Origin: Flavobacteriales bacterium | GTDB taxonomy: Bacteria > Bacteroidota > Bacteroidia > Flavobacteriales_D > Sanyastnellaceae | Length of the DNA: 64,000 nucleotides | Assembly (NCBI GenBank): GCA_049594615.1 | Contig: JBMYJR010000002.1 | Location: 39,028 to 103,027 of the forward strand | Direction: 5' to 3' | In this document: positions 1-10,812 of the stretch, piece after piece | Numbering within the stretch: the stretch's first letter is position 1 | How the letters are laid out: each line of letters starts with the position of its first letter | Notes under the pieces: model-generated | Databases searched by the model: none | Told to the model about the DNA's origin: nothing | Seen by the model: only the letters and a program-made list of their open reading frames with translations | Translations under genes and position numbers: made by a program

Positions 1-3000
1 GCTGTCCCCCCACATGGCCATGCCGATGTCGTGGGACAGGGCTTCGAGGGCCTTTACCTCTTCCATCCACGCCAGGTCTGCACCTGGGTAGGTTTGGATC
101 GCGGTTTTGATGTGGCGCAGGCGGCCGTCGAGCTCGCCTTGCTGGTTACCGCTGCCCAAAAGCTTGCGGCGGAGCTCTTGCACCTCGCGCTTGAAGGCAA
201 TGTTGGCCTCGGTTTGGCGGTCAAGCGATGAGTTCTCCAAAGCTTGCACTTCAAAGGGAGTGGCGTCTACCAGCTGCGTGAATACCCCGTTGTCGGCTTG
301 CCAGAGTTCAACCGTGTATTGGCCAGGTAGCGCGAGCGGTCCTTCATTCGGGTTGCTGTAGCGGCCCACCTCGCCTTGCGACAATTCGATGGGACTGGTG
401 GCTGGGTAACGCAGGTTCCAGGTGGCGCGTTGGACACCGGTAGAAGCTGGACGTTTCATCTTGCGCACCTCGCTGCCGTTGGCGTCTTTCACCACAAACA
501 GCAAGTAGGCTGACTCGTAAGTGTCCTCCAACACAAACTCCTCGTAGGTGGGGTAGTCGATGGCACGGCCAGCGTCCTTGGCTTCTTGCTCTTTCTCCTG
601 GCGCAAAGCCTTGGGCGATTTGGGCGATTCCTTGACGTAGTAGGTAAAGGTGGCGCCAAATTCAGGGTTAGGCGCTGCGTACATCGAAGCCCCTTGGCTG
701 CCCACTCCGCGCAGTCCAAGCGGGTTGGATTCCACGTAGGCGAGGGCCGTTTTGATCGGGAAGATGGCCGCGTCTTGGTCCATCAGGTCTTTGCTCAGTT
801 TGCGCAACGGGGTGTAGTCGTCCAGCACGTAAAAGCCGCGTCCGAAGGTGCCGAGCACCAAATCGTTCTCACGTTTTTGGATGGCCATGTCGCGCACGCA
901 AATGGTAGGTAGACCTGCGGTGAGTTGCACCCAATTTGCACCGCCGTCCACGCTGGTAAAGCAGCCAAACTCGGTGCCGGCAAACAGCAGGTTGGGCTCC
1001 ACGTGGTCTTCAGCCACAGCGTAAACCGTACCGCGTTCAGGCAAGTTGTTTTGCAACGAAGACCAAGTTTTACCCTTGTCCGAACTCTTGAGTAGGTACG
1101 GTTTGAAGTCACCCCGCTTGTGGTTGTTGAACGTGGCGTAAACCACGTTTTCGTCGTGTTGGGATGCCCACACCATGTTCACGTAGGTCAGCGAAGGCAC
1201 GCCCGGGAAGGACCCGATTTTGCGCCAGTTGTCGCCACCGTCTTCCGAAACCTGGATCAGCCCATCATCGGTACCCGCGTAAAGCAAGTTGGGGTTGACC
1301 GGAGATTGGTCAAAGGCCACGATGTTGCCGTATATGGTGGTGGATTTGTTCTTCATCACCACGTCCGGCGATTGCACTTCACCCATCACTTCCAGCTGGT
1401 TGCGATCGATTTGACGGGTGAGGTCTGGTGAGATGGCCTTCCAGCTGTTTCCGCGGTCGGTGGTCTTGAAGACTTTGTTGGCGCAGAAAAACAGGGTCTT
1501 GTGGTTGTGGGGCGAGATCAGCAGGGGAGAGTCCCAGTTCCAACGGAAGGCCGCTTCGCCTTTGCCAGGTTGGGGTTTGATGCCGATGCGCTCGCCCGAT
1601 TGCTTGTCAAAGCGGATCAGACCGCCGTATTGCCATTGGGCGTAAATGATGTTGGGGTCGGTGGGGTCGACTTGGGTTTCGTAGCCGTCGCCGCCCACGG
1701 TGATGTACCAGTCCGAGTTCAGGATGCCCGCGTTGTTGAGGGTGCGGGCAGGACCTGCTTGCGAGTTGTTGTCCTGGGTACCGCCAAACACGTTGTAGAA
1801 CGGCTCGTCGTAGTCGATGGACACCTTGTAGAATTGGGTGATGGGCAGGTTGGCCTTGAACTCCCAGGTGTGCGCATGGTCGTAGGTTTCGTACAAGCCG
1901 CCGTCGCAGCCCACAATCCAGTGGTCGGTGTCGTTGGGGTCAATCCAAATGCAGTGGTTGTCTACGTGTTTGTTGGTCTCACCAGTGGGTACGAACGATT
2001 GTCCGCCGTCCTCGGTGTGGTGCAGCCAAGTGGCCATGCTGAAGACTTTGTTTACGTCGTACGGGTCGCAAATGATCTCTTGGTAGTAATTGCCGGAGGT
2101 TTTGTAACCGCTTTGCTTCGACCACGTGCCCGCTTTGTTGGTAGAGCGGAAGAACCCGCCGGCGTCGCCTTCTGCTTCGATGATGGCGTACACCACGTTG
2201 GCATCTGCCGGAGATACTGCCAATCCAACGCGGCCCATTTTGCCTTGGGGCAGACCGCTCATGGCTTCCTGCCAGGTTTCGCCGCCGTCGGTGCTTTTGT
2301 AGACCGCGCTTTCGGGTCCACCGCCGATGTAGGTGAATACGTGACGACGACGTTGGTGGTAAGCGGCATACAGGATGTCGGGGTTGGTGGGGTCCATGAT
2401 GAGGTCTGCCGCACCGGTTTTGTCGGAAACGTTGTGGAGGTTCTCCCAGGTTTCGCCGCCGTCCGTCGAACGGTAAATGCCGCGGTCACCGCCGTCAGAC
2501 CAAAGCGGGCCGTAGGCAGCCACGTAAATGACATCCGAGTTGTCGGGGTGGACGATGATTTTGGAGATGTGTTCGGAGTCTTTCAACCCCATGTTCTTCC
2601 ACGAACGGCCAGCATCTACCGATTTGTAGACCCCGTCGCCATAGGCCACCGAGCGTTGGTTGTTGTTCTCTCCCGATCCTACCCAAAGGGTTGAAGATTG
2701 GTTCGGGTCCATGGTGATGCAGCCTACCGAGTAGGAGGCTTCGTTGTCGAAAATGGGTTGGAAACTGACCCCGTGGTTGGTGGTCTTCCATACGCCGCCG
2801 GAGGCCACGGCCACGTAATATTCGTTGTGGTTGTCGGGGTTAACTGCGAGGTCTACCACACGGCCCGAAGTCAAGGCAGGGCCAATGCAGCGGAAGTCCA
2901 ATCCGCTGATTTGTCCGGAGGTCAGCCAGTATTCATCGGAATCACCGCCCTTGTCTTTTTTGCGCTGCGCGTCGAGTTGGGCGGTGGTTAACACAGCAAT

Positions 3001-3030
3001 AAGGAGAAGGAAAAAATGCTTCAAATTCAT
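1..3030 (-). CDS. Sortilin/VPS10-type BNR (Asp-box) repeat beta-propeller protein, secreted; 3' end runs off the window
   Basis: Absent from the ORF track because it has no in-window stop. Manual reverse-complement translation from ATG 3030-3028 gives MNLKHFFLLLIAVLTTAQ (signal peptide). Repeated Asp-box motifs follow: SVDAGRSW, STDGGETW (x2), TEDGGQSF, TTDRGNSW, SEDGGDNW, SSDKGKTW, SVDGGANW. The track lists no minus-strand ORF in this frame across 3 kb, as expected for one open frame. The + strand ORF 1501..2694 is its V/G-rich shadow. Confidence 0.85.
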   Translation of the reverse strand, partial: MNLKHFFLLLIAVLTTAQLDAQRKKDKGGDSDEYWLTSGQISGLDFRCIGPALTSGRVVDLAVNPDNHNEYYVAVASGGVWKTTNHGVSFQPIFDNEASYSVGCITMDPNQSSTLWVGSGENNNQRSVAYGDGVYKSVDAGRSWKNMGLKDSEHISKIIVHPDNSDVIYVAAYGPLWSDGGDRGIYRSTDGGETWENLHNVSDKTGAADLIMDPTNPDILYAAYHQRRRHVFTYIGGGPESAVYKSTDGGETWQEAMSGLPQGKMGRVGLAVSPADANVVYAIIEAEGDAGGFFRSTNKAGTWSKQSGYKTSGNYYQEIICDPYDVNKVFSMATWLHHTEDGGQSFVPTGETNKHVDNHCIWIDPNDTDHWIVGCDGGLYETYDHAHTWEFKANLPITQFYKVSIDYDEPFYNVFGGTQDNNSQAGPARTLNNAGILNSDWYITVGGDGYETQVDPTDPNIIYAQWQYGGLIRFDKQSGERIGIKPQPGKGEAAFRWNWDSPLLISPHNHKTLFFCANKVFKTTDRGNSWKAISPDLTRQIDRNQLEVMGEVQSPDVVMKNKSTTIYGNIVAFDQSPVNPNLLYAGTDDGLIQVSEDGGDNWRKIGSFPGVPSLTYVNMVWASQHDENVVYATFNNHKRGDFKPYLLKSSDKGKTWSSLQNNLPERGTVYAVAEDHVEPNLLFAGTEFGCFTSVDGGANWVQLTAGLPTICVRDMAIQKRENDLVLGTFGRGFYVLDDYTPLRKLSKDLMDQDAAIFPIKTALAYVESNPLGLRGVGSQGASMYAAPNPEFGATFTYYVKESPKSPKALRQEKEQEAKDAGRAIDYPTYEEFVLEDTYESAYLLFVVKDANGSEVRKMKRPASTGVQRATWNLRYPATSPIELSQGEVGRYSNPNEGPLALPGQYTVELWQADNGVFTQLVDATPFEVQALENSSLDRQTEANIAFKREVQELRRKLLGSGNQQGELDGRLRHIKTAIQTYPGADLAWMEEVKALEALSHDIGMAMWGDS

Positions 3031-3177
3031 GGTTGAGGCGTTGGTGTCGTTGGTGTTTTGAGGTCAGGGACCGACAAGTTAATTGCTGAGCGCTTGCCAC
3101 GGTGACTATTGATAGAAAACAACATTTTCCATCCGGTAAGAAATCGGGTAAATCAGGTCGGCGAGCCGTAAGCGAGG

Positions 3178-4188
3178 TTAGCCCAACAGCGCACGCTCCA
3201 CTGCAGTCACGTCGGCGTCATTGATGTCCAAATGGGTCACAAAGCGCACCTTGTCCGGACCAAACGGCACCGCCAAGATGCCTTTGGTCTTGGCCGCTTC
3301 CACCCAAGCGGCTGAGCCTTGTTTGTCGGCCAACTCAAAGATGACAATGTTTGTTTCCACGGGCATAACACCGCTGACCTCTGGCAATTGCTGGACAATG
3401 GCGGCCAGTATGTGTGCACGGGCGTGGTCTTCGGCCATACGGTCCACGTGGTGGTCGAGGGCATGGAGTACCGCACCTGCGAGGTAGCCCGCTTGGCGCA
3501 TGCCGCCTCCAAAGGTCTTGCGCACGCGGTGGGCTTCGTGGATGAAGTCCTTGCTGCCAATCACCGCGCTCCCCACCGGACAGCCCAGGCCTTTGCTGAA
3601 GCACACCGAAATGGAATCATACGCACGGCCGTACTCCACAGGGTTGTGACCCTTGTGCACCAGCGCATTGAACAGTCGGGCACCATCCAAGTGCACGCCC
3701 AGGTTTTTGCTCCGCGCAGCGCTTGAAACCGCAATGATGTCGTCCAATTCATAGCAACAACCGCCGCCTTTGTTCACGGTGTCTTCCAAGCTCACCAGGC
3801 GGGTGCGCGCCAAGTGGGCATCGTCGCTGTTGATGTTGGCCAGCACGTCTGCAGCACTGAGTCGTCCGCGGTCGCCCTTCACCAAACGTACGCTGGCACC
3901 GGAGTTGCGGGCAATGCCGCCGCCTTCATACAGGTACACGTGCGATACGCCTGCACAAATCACCTCGTCGCCCGGACGGGTGTGCACTCGGATGGCAATC
4001 TGGTTGGTCATGGTGCCGCTGGGACAGAACAATGCGGCTTCGTGCCCAAAGTAGGCGGCAATGCGCTCTTGCAAGGCGTTGACGGTGGGATCTTCACCAA
4101 ATACGTCGTCGCCCACGGAGGCGTCAAACATGGCGTGGTGCATGGCCGCAGTAGGGCGGGTTACGGTGTCGCTGCGCAAGTCGATCAT
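3178..4188 (-). CDS. ltaE: Low-specificity L-threonine aldolase (PLP-dependent beta-eliminating lyase family)
   Basis: Family motifs [35 protein letters not shown] and the PLP-lysine region [14 protein letters not shown]. Start placed at the internal ATG 4188 (MIDLRSD). The track start at 4242 would overlap the divergent neighbour. Confidence 0.8.
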   Translation of the reverse strand: MIDLRSDTVTRPTAAMHHAMFDASVGDDVFGEDPTVNALQERIAAYFGHEAALFCPSGTMTNQIAIRVHTRPGDEVICAGVSHVYLYEGGGIARNSGASVRLVKGDRGRLSAADVLANINSDDAHLARTRLVSLEDTVNKGGGCCYELDDIIAVSSAARSKNLGVHLDGARLFNALVHKGHNPVEYGRAYDSISVCFSKGLGCPVGSAVIGSKDFIHEAHRVRKTFGGGMRQAGYLAGAVLHALDHHVDRMAEDHARAHILAAIVQQLPEVSGVMPVETNIVIFELADKQGSAAWVEAAKTKGILAVPFGPDKVRFVTHLDINDADVTAVERALLG

Positions 4189-4220
4189 GGCTTGAAAAGG
4201 GGTATTTTTCGAAGTCAAAG

Positions 4221-5819
4221 ATGACCATTCTTCGCGCAGCATACATCTGGATAGCGGCCTTGATCCTCGGCCCGGTGTGTTGCAGCGCGCAACAAGACCT
4301 CCACAAGTGCTGGGTCCATTTCACTGACAAGCACGGTGCTAACTTTGATCCCAACACGTATTTCCATCCCAAGGCGTTGGCCCGCCGTGCCCAGTTGGGG
4401 CTGGATCCTGCCGATTCGCTCAATTGGCCGGTCTCTCCCGACTATCTGCGTGAGACCCAGGCGCTGCTCGTCACCCACACGGCCACTTCACGCTGGTTGA
4501 ATTTGGTGGTGGGATATGCCTCGCAGGATGACATCGAAGCATTGCGAGCGTTGCCCTTCGTGCGGGAAGTACGCCTCGAAGACAAGCCACTCGAAATGCT
4601 CCAAGCGTTGGAAACCCTGCCCACCGGATATGACCGCAACGTGCTTGAGGCCCAAACCGCCGTGTTGGGCCGATGCCATTTTGAAGCCGAGGGACTCAAC
4701 GGCCAAGGGCTGCGCATTGCAGTGTTGGATGCGGGATTTTCTGGGGTAGACGAGCGCCCGGCATTTGCCCACCTGTGGGACCAAGGGCGCATTGTGGCCA
4801 GCTATGACTTTCTACGCAAACGCGAGAACGTATTTGTGCACAGCTCACACGGCGCCCATGTGCTCTCCTGCATTGCGGGCAAGGTGGACACGGTGCCCAT
4901 GGGACTGGCCACCGGCGCGGAATTCATCCTGTGCCGCACCGAAAAGGCCCGGTTTGAATACCGCGGCGAAGAAGAGCATTGGCTTGAAGCCGTAGAGTAC
5001 GCCGATCGCTTGGGCGCTGACATCATCAACTCCTCGTTAGGCTACACCAACACCCGCTACTACCAGTACGAAATGGACGGCCGTACGGCAGGGGTCACCC
5101 AGTCCGCACGGATTGCTGCCCGCCTGGGCATGCTTGTGGTCAATGCCGCTGGCAATGAGGGCGACACCTGGTGGCAAGTCATCGCAGCTCCAGCCGACGC
5201 CGACAGCGTGTTGGCCGTCGGTGCAGTTGACCCAGAAACCCGGATGCGCAGTGGTTTTTCTTCATTTGGTCCCAGCAGTGATGGGCGGATCAAGCCGGAT
5301 GTAGCGGCCTTTGGTTGGGCCTATGCCAGCGGCCCCCGCCGCAACGAAGTGGTGCCAGGAACCAGTTTTGCCAGCCCCTTGATTGCCGGGTTTGCCGCCT
5401 GCGTATGGCAAGCCCACCCGGACTGGAACAACATGCAAGTCTTGGAAGCCGTGCGCAAGGCGGGCCACCTGTATCCCTACTATGATTACTCTTACGGCTA
5501 CGGGCTGCCCCAAGCCGATCGGGCCCTTGGACTTTCTGCCGAGGCGGACACCACCTTTGACGTCTCTGTGCACAAAGGCCGGTTGGTGTTGACGGTTCGC
5601 GAAGGTTCTGCACCGGAAGCTAACTGCGAGGGCGGTATTTTTGCCACGTTGCCACATACGGTGCACTGCCACTTTCAGACGCCGGGCAAAGGGCTGAGCT
5701 ACTACGCCACTTACGCAGTGGTCCCCGAGGAGCGCATCACCCTGAATTTGAAACCCTACCGCGGAATGATTCTGCGGATCTACTGCAATGGATACCTCTA
5801 TGAACGCAAACTGGAATAG
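4221..5819 (+). CDS. Secreted subtilisin-like serine peptidase, family S8
   Basis: Signal peptide [24 protein letters not shown]. Catalytic triad motifs AVLDAGF (Asp), [11 protein letters not shown] (His) and [12 protein letters not shown] (Ser). Confidence 0.85.
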   Translation: MTILRAAYIWIAALILGPVCCSAQQDLHKCWVHFTDKHGANFDPNTYFHPKALARRAQLGLDPADSLNWPVSPDYLRETQALLVTHTATSRWLNLVVGYASQDDIEALRALPFVREVRLEDKPLEMLQALETLPTGYDRNVLEAQTAVLGRCHFEAEGLNGQGLRIAVLDAGFSGVDERPAFAHLWDQGRIVASYDFLRKRENVFVHSSHGAHVLSCIAGKVDTVPMGLATGAEFILCRTEKARFEYRGEEEHWLEAVEYADRLGADIINSSLGYTNTRYYQYEMDGRTAGVTQSARIAARLGMLVVNAAGNEGDTWWQVIAAPADADSVLAVGAVDPETRMRSGFSSFGPSSDGRIKPDVAAFGWAYASGPRRNEVVPGTSFASPLIAGFAACVWQAHPDWNNMQVLEAVRKAGHLYPYYDYSYGYGLPQADRALGLSAEADTTFDVSVHKGRLVLTVREGSAPEANCEGGIFATLPHTVHCHFQTPGKGLSYYATYAVVPEERITLNLKPYRGMILRIYCNGYLYERKLE

Positions 5820-6540
5820 CCGTCTGCTGGCCCTGCTGCTCGCCTTTACCACCTTGAGCGCATCGGCCCAACTCCCCGATGAATCCCGCGATGTAGACGC
5901 GGCCAGCACCTTGGCTGGTCCCCGTGGTCCGCGCGCTGTGTACGTGGATTACGGCCTCGGACTCATTTTGCCTGGCGGCGAAACCGACACCCTGCAAAAC
6001 GAGGGGTGGAGCAACAACTTTTGGTACGGCGTGCAATTGCACCGTAACCTCAACAACACCTTTGGCGCAGGCATTGAGCTGGCCTACGTGCGCAACAGCT
6101 ACAATCTTGCCCAAGACACCATCAACCCGCTCGGCGACACCCAGGTGCACGACCAGCAGCGCTACATCCAAAACGGCTTGGGCCTGATGGTCTATGGCCG
6201 CGTCCAATTGGCCAACAACGGCAACAACCAAGGCCGCTACTTGGATGTGGGGGTGTTCAGCAATTTTTGGCTGGGCGAACGCCTCCACACCGAAAACGAA
6301 GTCGACCCTTCCACCAGTGGCGGCGCCAACGTGGCCGAGTCGGACTTGAAAAAACTTGATTACACCAATGCACTGACCTACGGAGGTTTTGCCCGTGTGG
6401 GATTCGGATCGTTCTACCTGTTTGGTCGCTACCGCGCAAGTGACTTGTTCACCGCCAACGACAACGTCAACAACGGCGTCAAGTTGTCGGAGTTTGAGCG
6501 TATTAGTGTAGGCATCGGATTCAGTGTATTCACCCAATAA
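5788..6540 (+). CDS. Outer-membrane beta-barrel (porin-family) protein, paralog 1
   Basis: Signal peptide (M)[23 protein letters not shown], alternating beta-strand pattern, aromatic C-terminus (GIGFSVFTQ). An alternative start lies at 5800. Overlaps the end of the S8 gene. Confidence 0.6.
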   Translation: MDTSMNANWNSRLLALLLAFTTLSASAQLPDESRDVDAASTLAGPRGPRAVYVDYGLGLILPGGETDTLQNEGWSNNFWYGVQLHRNLNNTFGAGIELAYVRNSYNLAQDTINPLGDTQVHDQQRYIQNGLGLMVYGRVQLANNGNNQGRYLDVGVFSNFWLGERLHTENEVDPSTSGGANVAESDLKKLDYTNALTYGGFARVGFGSFYLFGRYRASDLFTANDNVNNGVKLSEFERISVGIGFSVFTQ

Positions 6541-6550
6541 TATTGGCCTT

Positions 6551-7324
6551 ATGAAACTGTTCAACGCCCTTGTGCTGTGCACCGCTGTCTGGTGCGCGGC
6601 CCCCAATCTCCAAGCCCAAAGTGATGTTCCACCACCTCCTTTCGACGGGTTTGCGGAGGTCAACCGCACCGGTTTGGTGACCGGCTCTGGCTGGTCTTAC
6701 TACGGCGTAGGCTTCTACGCCCTCGACCAAGAAGCCTCCAACCCTGAAACCCAAGGCTCTTCGTTCTCGATCTGGGGATCAGAGCACGTGATGGACTACC
6801 GCGCAGGACGCGTGTCCCTCGCGCTGGAAACCTTGGGAAGTCGCCACCAATTCAACCTGTCTCAGGACAGCATTTCACCGTTGAGCTTTGGCGGCACCTA
6901 CGACCGTCAGCGCTTAATTACGTATGGTTTGGGCGTACAACTCACACTGCGTCTTTCTTTGGAGCCTTCTTCACGTTTGGCTTACGAACGCACCTTGGAA
7001 GGCGGCGGTTACTTCGCATGGAATTACTCGCGTCGCCTCAAGTCCTTCATCGACATCGACCCGGCGCAAAACCAAGGCGCTCCTGAAAACAAAATTGTCC
7101 AGAAGAAGCTGGCCTACGTAAATCCCATTGAGTTTGGGGTCTTTGGCCGCGTCCACATCAACCGCATGTACCTCTGGGGCCGCATGCGCCTGAGCGATTT
7201 TTTCGTGCAACAAGACGGGGTCAACCCGGTGACCGATACCAACGGCGGATCCACCTTTGTCAAGCTTAACGAACTCGAGCGCTTGGCCATTGGTGTAGGC
7301 TTCTGCATCAACAGTAGCAATTAA
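6551..7324 (+). CDS. Outer-membrane beta-barrel (porin-family) protein, paralog 2
   Basis: Signal peptide MKLFNALVLCTAVWCAAPNLQAQ. The C-terminal block LNELERLAIGVGFCI matches LSEFERISVGIGFSV of the upstream gene. ATG 6551 preferred over the GTG at 6524. Confidence 0.6.
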   Translation: MKLFNALVLCTAVWCAAPNLQAQSDVPPPPFDGFAEVNRTGLVTGSGWSYYGVGFYALDQEASNPETQGSSFSIWGSEHVMDYRAGRVSLALETLGSRHQFNLSQDSISPLSFGGTYDRQRLITYGLGVQLTLRLSLEPSSRLAYERTLEGGGYFAWNYSRRLKSFIDIDPAQNQGAPENKIVQKKLAYVNPIEFGVFGRVHINRMYLWGRMRLSDFFVQQDGVNPVTDTNGGSTFVKLNELERLAIGVGFCINSSN

Positions 7325-7333
7325 TCTGATGGG

Positions 7334-7897
7334 GTGAAGAATTACTACCGCATCCTGGATCTGGAGCCATCGGCGTCGGAGGCTGACATCAAACAAGCCT
7401 ACCGCCGATTGGCCAAACAATGGCACCCGGATGTCAATGGGGCCGCCCAAGCCCGGATGCGGTTCATTGAGGTCAACGAGGCGTATGAGTTCCTGATGGA
7501 TCCGCGCCGCCGTGACCTCTATTCACGCCGATCTACCATCGACGAGCGTGAACGCTTGCGCCGCGAAATGCTGTACAAGCAATGGGTAGCTCAGCAACAG
7601 CAACAGGCCCGCAACAAGGCCAAGCGCTACGCAGAGCGGCCTATGGATGAGTTCGTGAATTCGCCCATTTTCAAGGCGGCCATGCGGGTCAGCCATGTAT
7701 ACAATTACATCTTCATTGCCGTAGGGATCATCATCACCTTCGGCCCTGGAATCAAATACTTGATGATGACTGCCGAGGAGTTGGAAGAGCGACAGGTCAC
7801 CACAGCCTCTGTGGTGACACCCATGATTATGGGCGCGCTATTTACCTACGGCATTTATACCTTCCTGTTCAAATACAACCCTGACCGCGATGCGTAA
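7334..7897 (+). CDS. J-domain (DnaJ-like) membrane protein
   Basis: N-terminal J domain YYRILDLEPSASEADIKQAYRRLAKQWHPDVN with the HPD motif. Two C-terminal hydrophobic helices. GTG start. Confidence 0.75.
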   Translation: MKNYYRILDLEPSASEADIKQAYRRLAKQWHPDVNGAAQARMRFIEVNEAYEFLMDPRRRDLYSRRSTIDERERLRREMLYKQWVAQQQQQARNKAKRYAERPMDEFVNSPIFKAAMRVSHVYNYIFIAVGIIITFGPGIKYLMMTAEELEERQVTTASVVTPMIMGALFTYGIYTFLFKYNPDRDA

Positions 7898-10097
7898 CCT
7901 GCTGCTGCACTCTTGGGCCACCTTGCTTTTGGCCCTCACCGTTTCTTTCTCCGCCCACGCCACCGAGGGCATGTGGATTCCCACCTTGCTCAAAGCTGTG
8001 GAGGGCGACATGCAAACCTTCGGGCTCGAGCTCACCGCCGCGGACCTGTACAGCGTCAACCAAAGCAGCCTCAAGGACGCCATAGTGCTCTTTGGTGGCG
8101 GTTGCACTGCCTCGGTGATTTCCAAAGACGGCTTACTGTTGACCAACCATCACTGTGGCTACAGCCAAATCCAACAGCACAGCTCGGTGGAGCACGATTA
8201 CTTGAAGGACGGATTTTGGGCCGCCTCGCACAAAGACGAATTGCCCAACCCGGGGCTGACCGCCACCTTCATTGTGCGCATTGACGATGTCACGGGAGAA
8301 ATGAACAAAGGCATCACCGCGGGCATGAGTCCCGAGGCCGAACAAGAACTGTTTGAAGCCAACCGCAAGCGCATCGAAGCTGACGCCACCGAAGGCACAG
8401 CCTATGCTGCTCGCGTCAAGGCTTTCAACTATGGCAACAGCTATTTTGTAATCGTGACCCGCACTTTTGACGATGTGCGTCTTGTGGGGGCTCCGCCGTC
8501 TTCCATCGGCAAGTTTGGGGGAGATACCGACAACTGGGTGTGGCCGCGCCATACCGGTGACTTTTCGCTCTTCCGCATTTACGCCGGCGCCGACAACGGC
8601 CCTGCAGCGTATAACGAGGCCAACCGCCCGTGGCAACCCGAAGAGCACCTCAAGGTCAATATGGATGGCGTGCAGGAAGGCGACTTCACCATGGTCTACG
8701 GCTTCCCCGGACGCACTTCGGTGTACTTGACCAGTTATGCGGTGGACTACGTGATGAACCGCTCCAACCCCATGCGTATCGACATGCGTCGCAACAGCTT
8801 GGCGCTGATCGACGCAGCCATGCTGGCAAGCGATACGGTGCGCATCCAGTATGCCGCCAAACAGTCACGCATCTCCAACGCCTACAAAAAATGGCAAGGG
8901 CAGAACTTTGGCCTGGAGCGCAACCGTGCCCTGCAAAAAAAGGCCGACATCGAGGCTCGCATGCGTAAAGCAGGACCCCAATACGTAGACCTGTTAGACA
9001 AGTTTGAGCTGGTGTACGCCCAACTCAACGATGCCCAATTTGCCCGCGAATTGTTCATTGAATATTACTACTACGGCCCCGAAGTCTTGCGTTTTGCCGA
9101 GCGTTTCCGGCTGTTCGAACAATGGGAAGAACTGGCCGCCAAGGGCAAACTCGATCGCGCCACCGCTGATTTGGAAGCGAGCTTCGACGGCTACTTTGGC
9201 GACTACAACTACGCGTTGGACCAAGCGCTTTTTGCCAAACTCACCGAGCTCTACCTCGGCTACGCCGACCCCAGCACTGTACCGGCTGTCCTCCATACCT
9301 GGAAGGCCAAGAACGGTTCCTGGGAAGCTGCAGCCAAGGCCATCTATGCCAAGAGTATGCTTACCACCGAGGAGGATGTACAGGCCCTGATGGACATGTC
9401 GCCCAAAAAGGCCTTGAAGAAACTCATCAAGGATCCCCTCTACCTACTGATGAAGGCGGTGCGTAGCAGCTACTTTGAACACACCGCGACCAACTACAAC
9501 GCCTTAAAGGCTGAAGAAGAAAAACTGATGCAAACATGGGTGGTAGGCCTGGTTGATTATTTCCCAGACCGCACCTTCTGGGCAGACGCGAATAGCACCT
9601 TGCGCGTGACCTTTGGTAAGGCCGAGGGCAGCGCCCCCAAGGACGGTATGGAGTACCACTACCGCACCACGGCTGATGGCATCTTGCAGAAGTACATTCC
9701 TGGCCACGCCGATTTTGACCTGCCTACTGCCATGGTAGACCAACTCCGTGCCCGCGACTACGGGCAATGGGCCGGCGCCGACGGAGAGCTGCAAGTGTGT
9801 TTCACCGGTTCCAACCATACCACTGGCGGAAACTCGGGCAGCCCCACGCTGAACGGACGTGGTGAGCTCATTGGACTCAACTTCGATCGGAGCTGGGAAA
9901 GCACCATGAGCGACATCTTGTTTGATCCCGAGATCTGCCGCAACATCATGGTGGACATCCGCTATGTGATGTGGGTCGTGGACCGCTACGCTGGGGCCAC
10001 ACATTTGATTGAGGAGCTAACCCTGGTGCGCAACCCCAAGGAACGGCCCGAGATGGATGCTTTACCCGAGCTTAACACGCAGCTCGAACAAGACTAA
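7890..10097 (+). CDS. S46 family dipeptidyl-peptidase (DPP7/DPP11-like)
   Basis: Signal peptide followed by EGMWIPTLL. Catalytic His region LLLTNHHCG and catalytic Ser region GGNSGSPTLN. The ~735-aa length is typical of S46. Confidence 0.85.
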   Translation: MRNLLLHSWATLLLALTVSFSAHATEGMWIPTLLKAVEGDMQTFGLELTAADLYSVNQSSLKDAIVLFGGGCTASVISKDGLLLTNHHCGYSQIQQHSSVEHDYLKDGFWAASHKDELPNPGLTATFIVRIDDVTGEMNKGITAGMSPEAEQELFEANRKRIEADATEGTAYAARVKAFNYGNSYFVIVTRTFDDVRLVGAPPSSIGKFGGDTDNWVWPRHTGDFSLFRIYAGADNGPAAYNEANRPWQPEEHLKVNMDGVQEGDFTMVYGFPGRTSVYLTSYAVDYVMNRSNPMRIDMRRNSLALIDAAMLASDTVRIQYAAKQSRISNAYKKWQGQNFGLERNRALQKKADIEARMRKAGPQYVDLLDKFELVYAQLNDAQFARELFIEYYYYGPEVLRFAERFRLFEQWEELAAKGKLDRATADLEASFDGYFGDYNYALDQALFAKLTELYLGYADPSTVPAVLHTWKAKNGSWEAAAKAIYAKSMLTTEEDVQALMDMSPKKALKKLIKDPLYLLMKAVRSSYFEHTATNYNALKAEEEKLMQTWVVGLVDYFPDRTFWADANSTLRVTFGKAEGSAPKDGMEYHYRTTADGILQKYIPGHADFDLPTAMVDQLRARDYGQWAGADGELQVCFTGSNHTTGGNSGSPTLNGRGELIGLNFDRSWESTMSDILFDPEICRNIMVDIRYVMWVVDRYAGATHLIEELTLVRNPKERPEMDALPELNTQLEQD

Positions 10098-10416
10098 CTT
10101 CGGGTTCGCCCGCAGACGGTGTCCAAGGCAGAAGGGAAACCACGGGCCCTTGGGAATCAAGCCAAAAGGAAATCTGCTCGGAGACGTAAAAAAAGGACCT
10201 TCCCAACGTCAAGATGAGCATGGTCGTTGGAGGCAGTTTGAGGCAATGTGCAGTGCGCTCGGCTGTGTATTTATAGCACAGGAAGCAAGTGGTTCTAACG
10301 CGATGCGCTGGAACCACGTCGCACGTGGAGTCGTTATCTGGTGGGCAACTCCATGCTCAAGGCGTTGACTGTTCAAAAGCTGTTCAGCCCTGAGCCGCCA
10401 CTGGCTTGAAGCCAGA

Positions 10417-10521
10417 TCAGACCATCAGGTAGATCGAGAGGATAACAATGGCAAACAGGATCAGTGCAAATACAACTGGTCCGCCAATCTCGTTCTGTTC
10501 TGCTTCTTTGTGATCGCCCAT
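10417..10521 (-). CDS. Possible 34-aa single-pass membrane peptide
   Basis: MGDHKEAEQNEIGGPVVFALILFAIVILSIYLMV: a charged N-terminus and one hydrophobic helix. A small hairpin (ctggcttcaagccag) follows immediately on the minus strand. This is the only coding-like part of track ORF 10417..11046. Confidence 0.3.
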   Translation of the reverse strand: MGDHKEAEQNEIGGPVVFALILFAIVILSIYLMV

Positions 10522-10780
10522 GGCTTTCTGATTTGTTTCCGGCAAAATTAGGAAAGGCCCGCGCGAGGGCAAACCGCTCCGCGGATTATTTCCCCTCTCG
10601 CCCCACAAACCATTCGTACGCATATTCGTGCAGCTCATACCTGCATTGCGACCATTCATACCCCGAAAAAGGTGCGCACGAAAGTGGAGGTGTACATTTG
10701 ACACACGCAGCACCCGTGTGCTGCTGGTTAGCAAATGGTTTTCGCTCGGAAAGTCATTCGTTTTAGTTTTAAGTGTTTTG

Positions 10781-10812
10781 AGTCCCTTATAACGATAAGG
10801 GACTTTTTTTTT
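10781..10812 (+). terminator. Rho-independent terminator with no obvious upstream + strand gene
   Basis: agtcccttat-aacg-ataagggact hairpin (10-bp stem) followed by 8 T. Confidence 0.8.

Larger units (their letters stand above)
12..10781 (+). other. Placeholder: disregard this entry. The correct coordinates are in the next entry.
   Basis: Coordinate entry error. Kept only to state openly that it is void. Confidence 0.

Noticed and set aside
1501-2694. 397-aa + strand ORF, the longest track ORF in the first 3 kb.
   Set aside because: Its V/G/H/R-rich composition is typical of an antisense shadow in GC-rich DNA. The opposite strand encodes a well-formed BNR repeat protein across the whole region.
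10098-10420. Possible RNase P RNA, tmRNA, SRP RNA or cobalamin riboswitch. Prompted by GCCACTG, AAGGGAA and AGATGAGCATGGTCG-like strings.
   Set aside because: The conserved cores are missing on both strands. For RNase P these are GGAAAGTCCGGGC, GTAAGAGC and ACAGAACCCGGCTTA. For tmRNA it is the 3' TCCACCA tRNA-like end. For the riboswitch it is the B12 box AGYCMGGAGACCTGCC in the correct order. I kept the region only as an unclassified ncRNA candidate.
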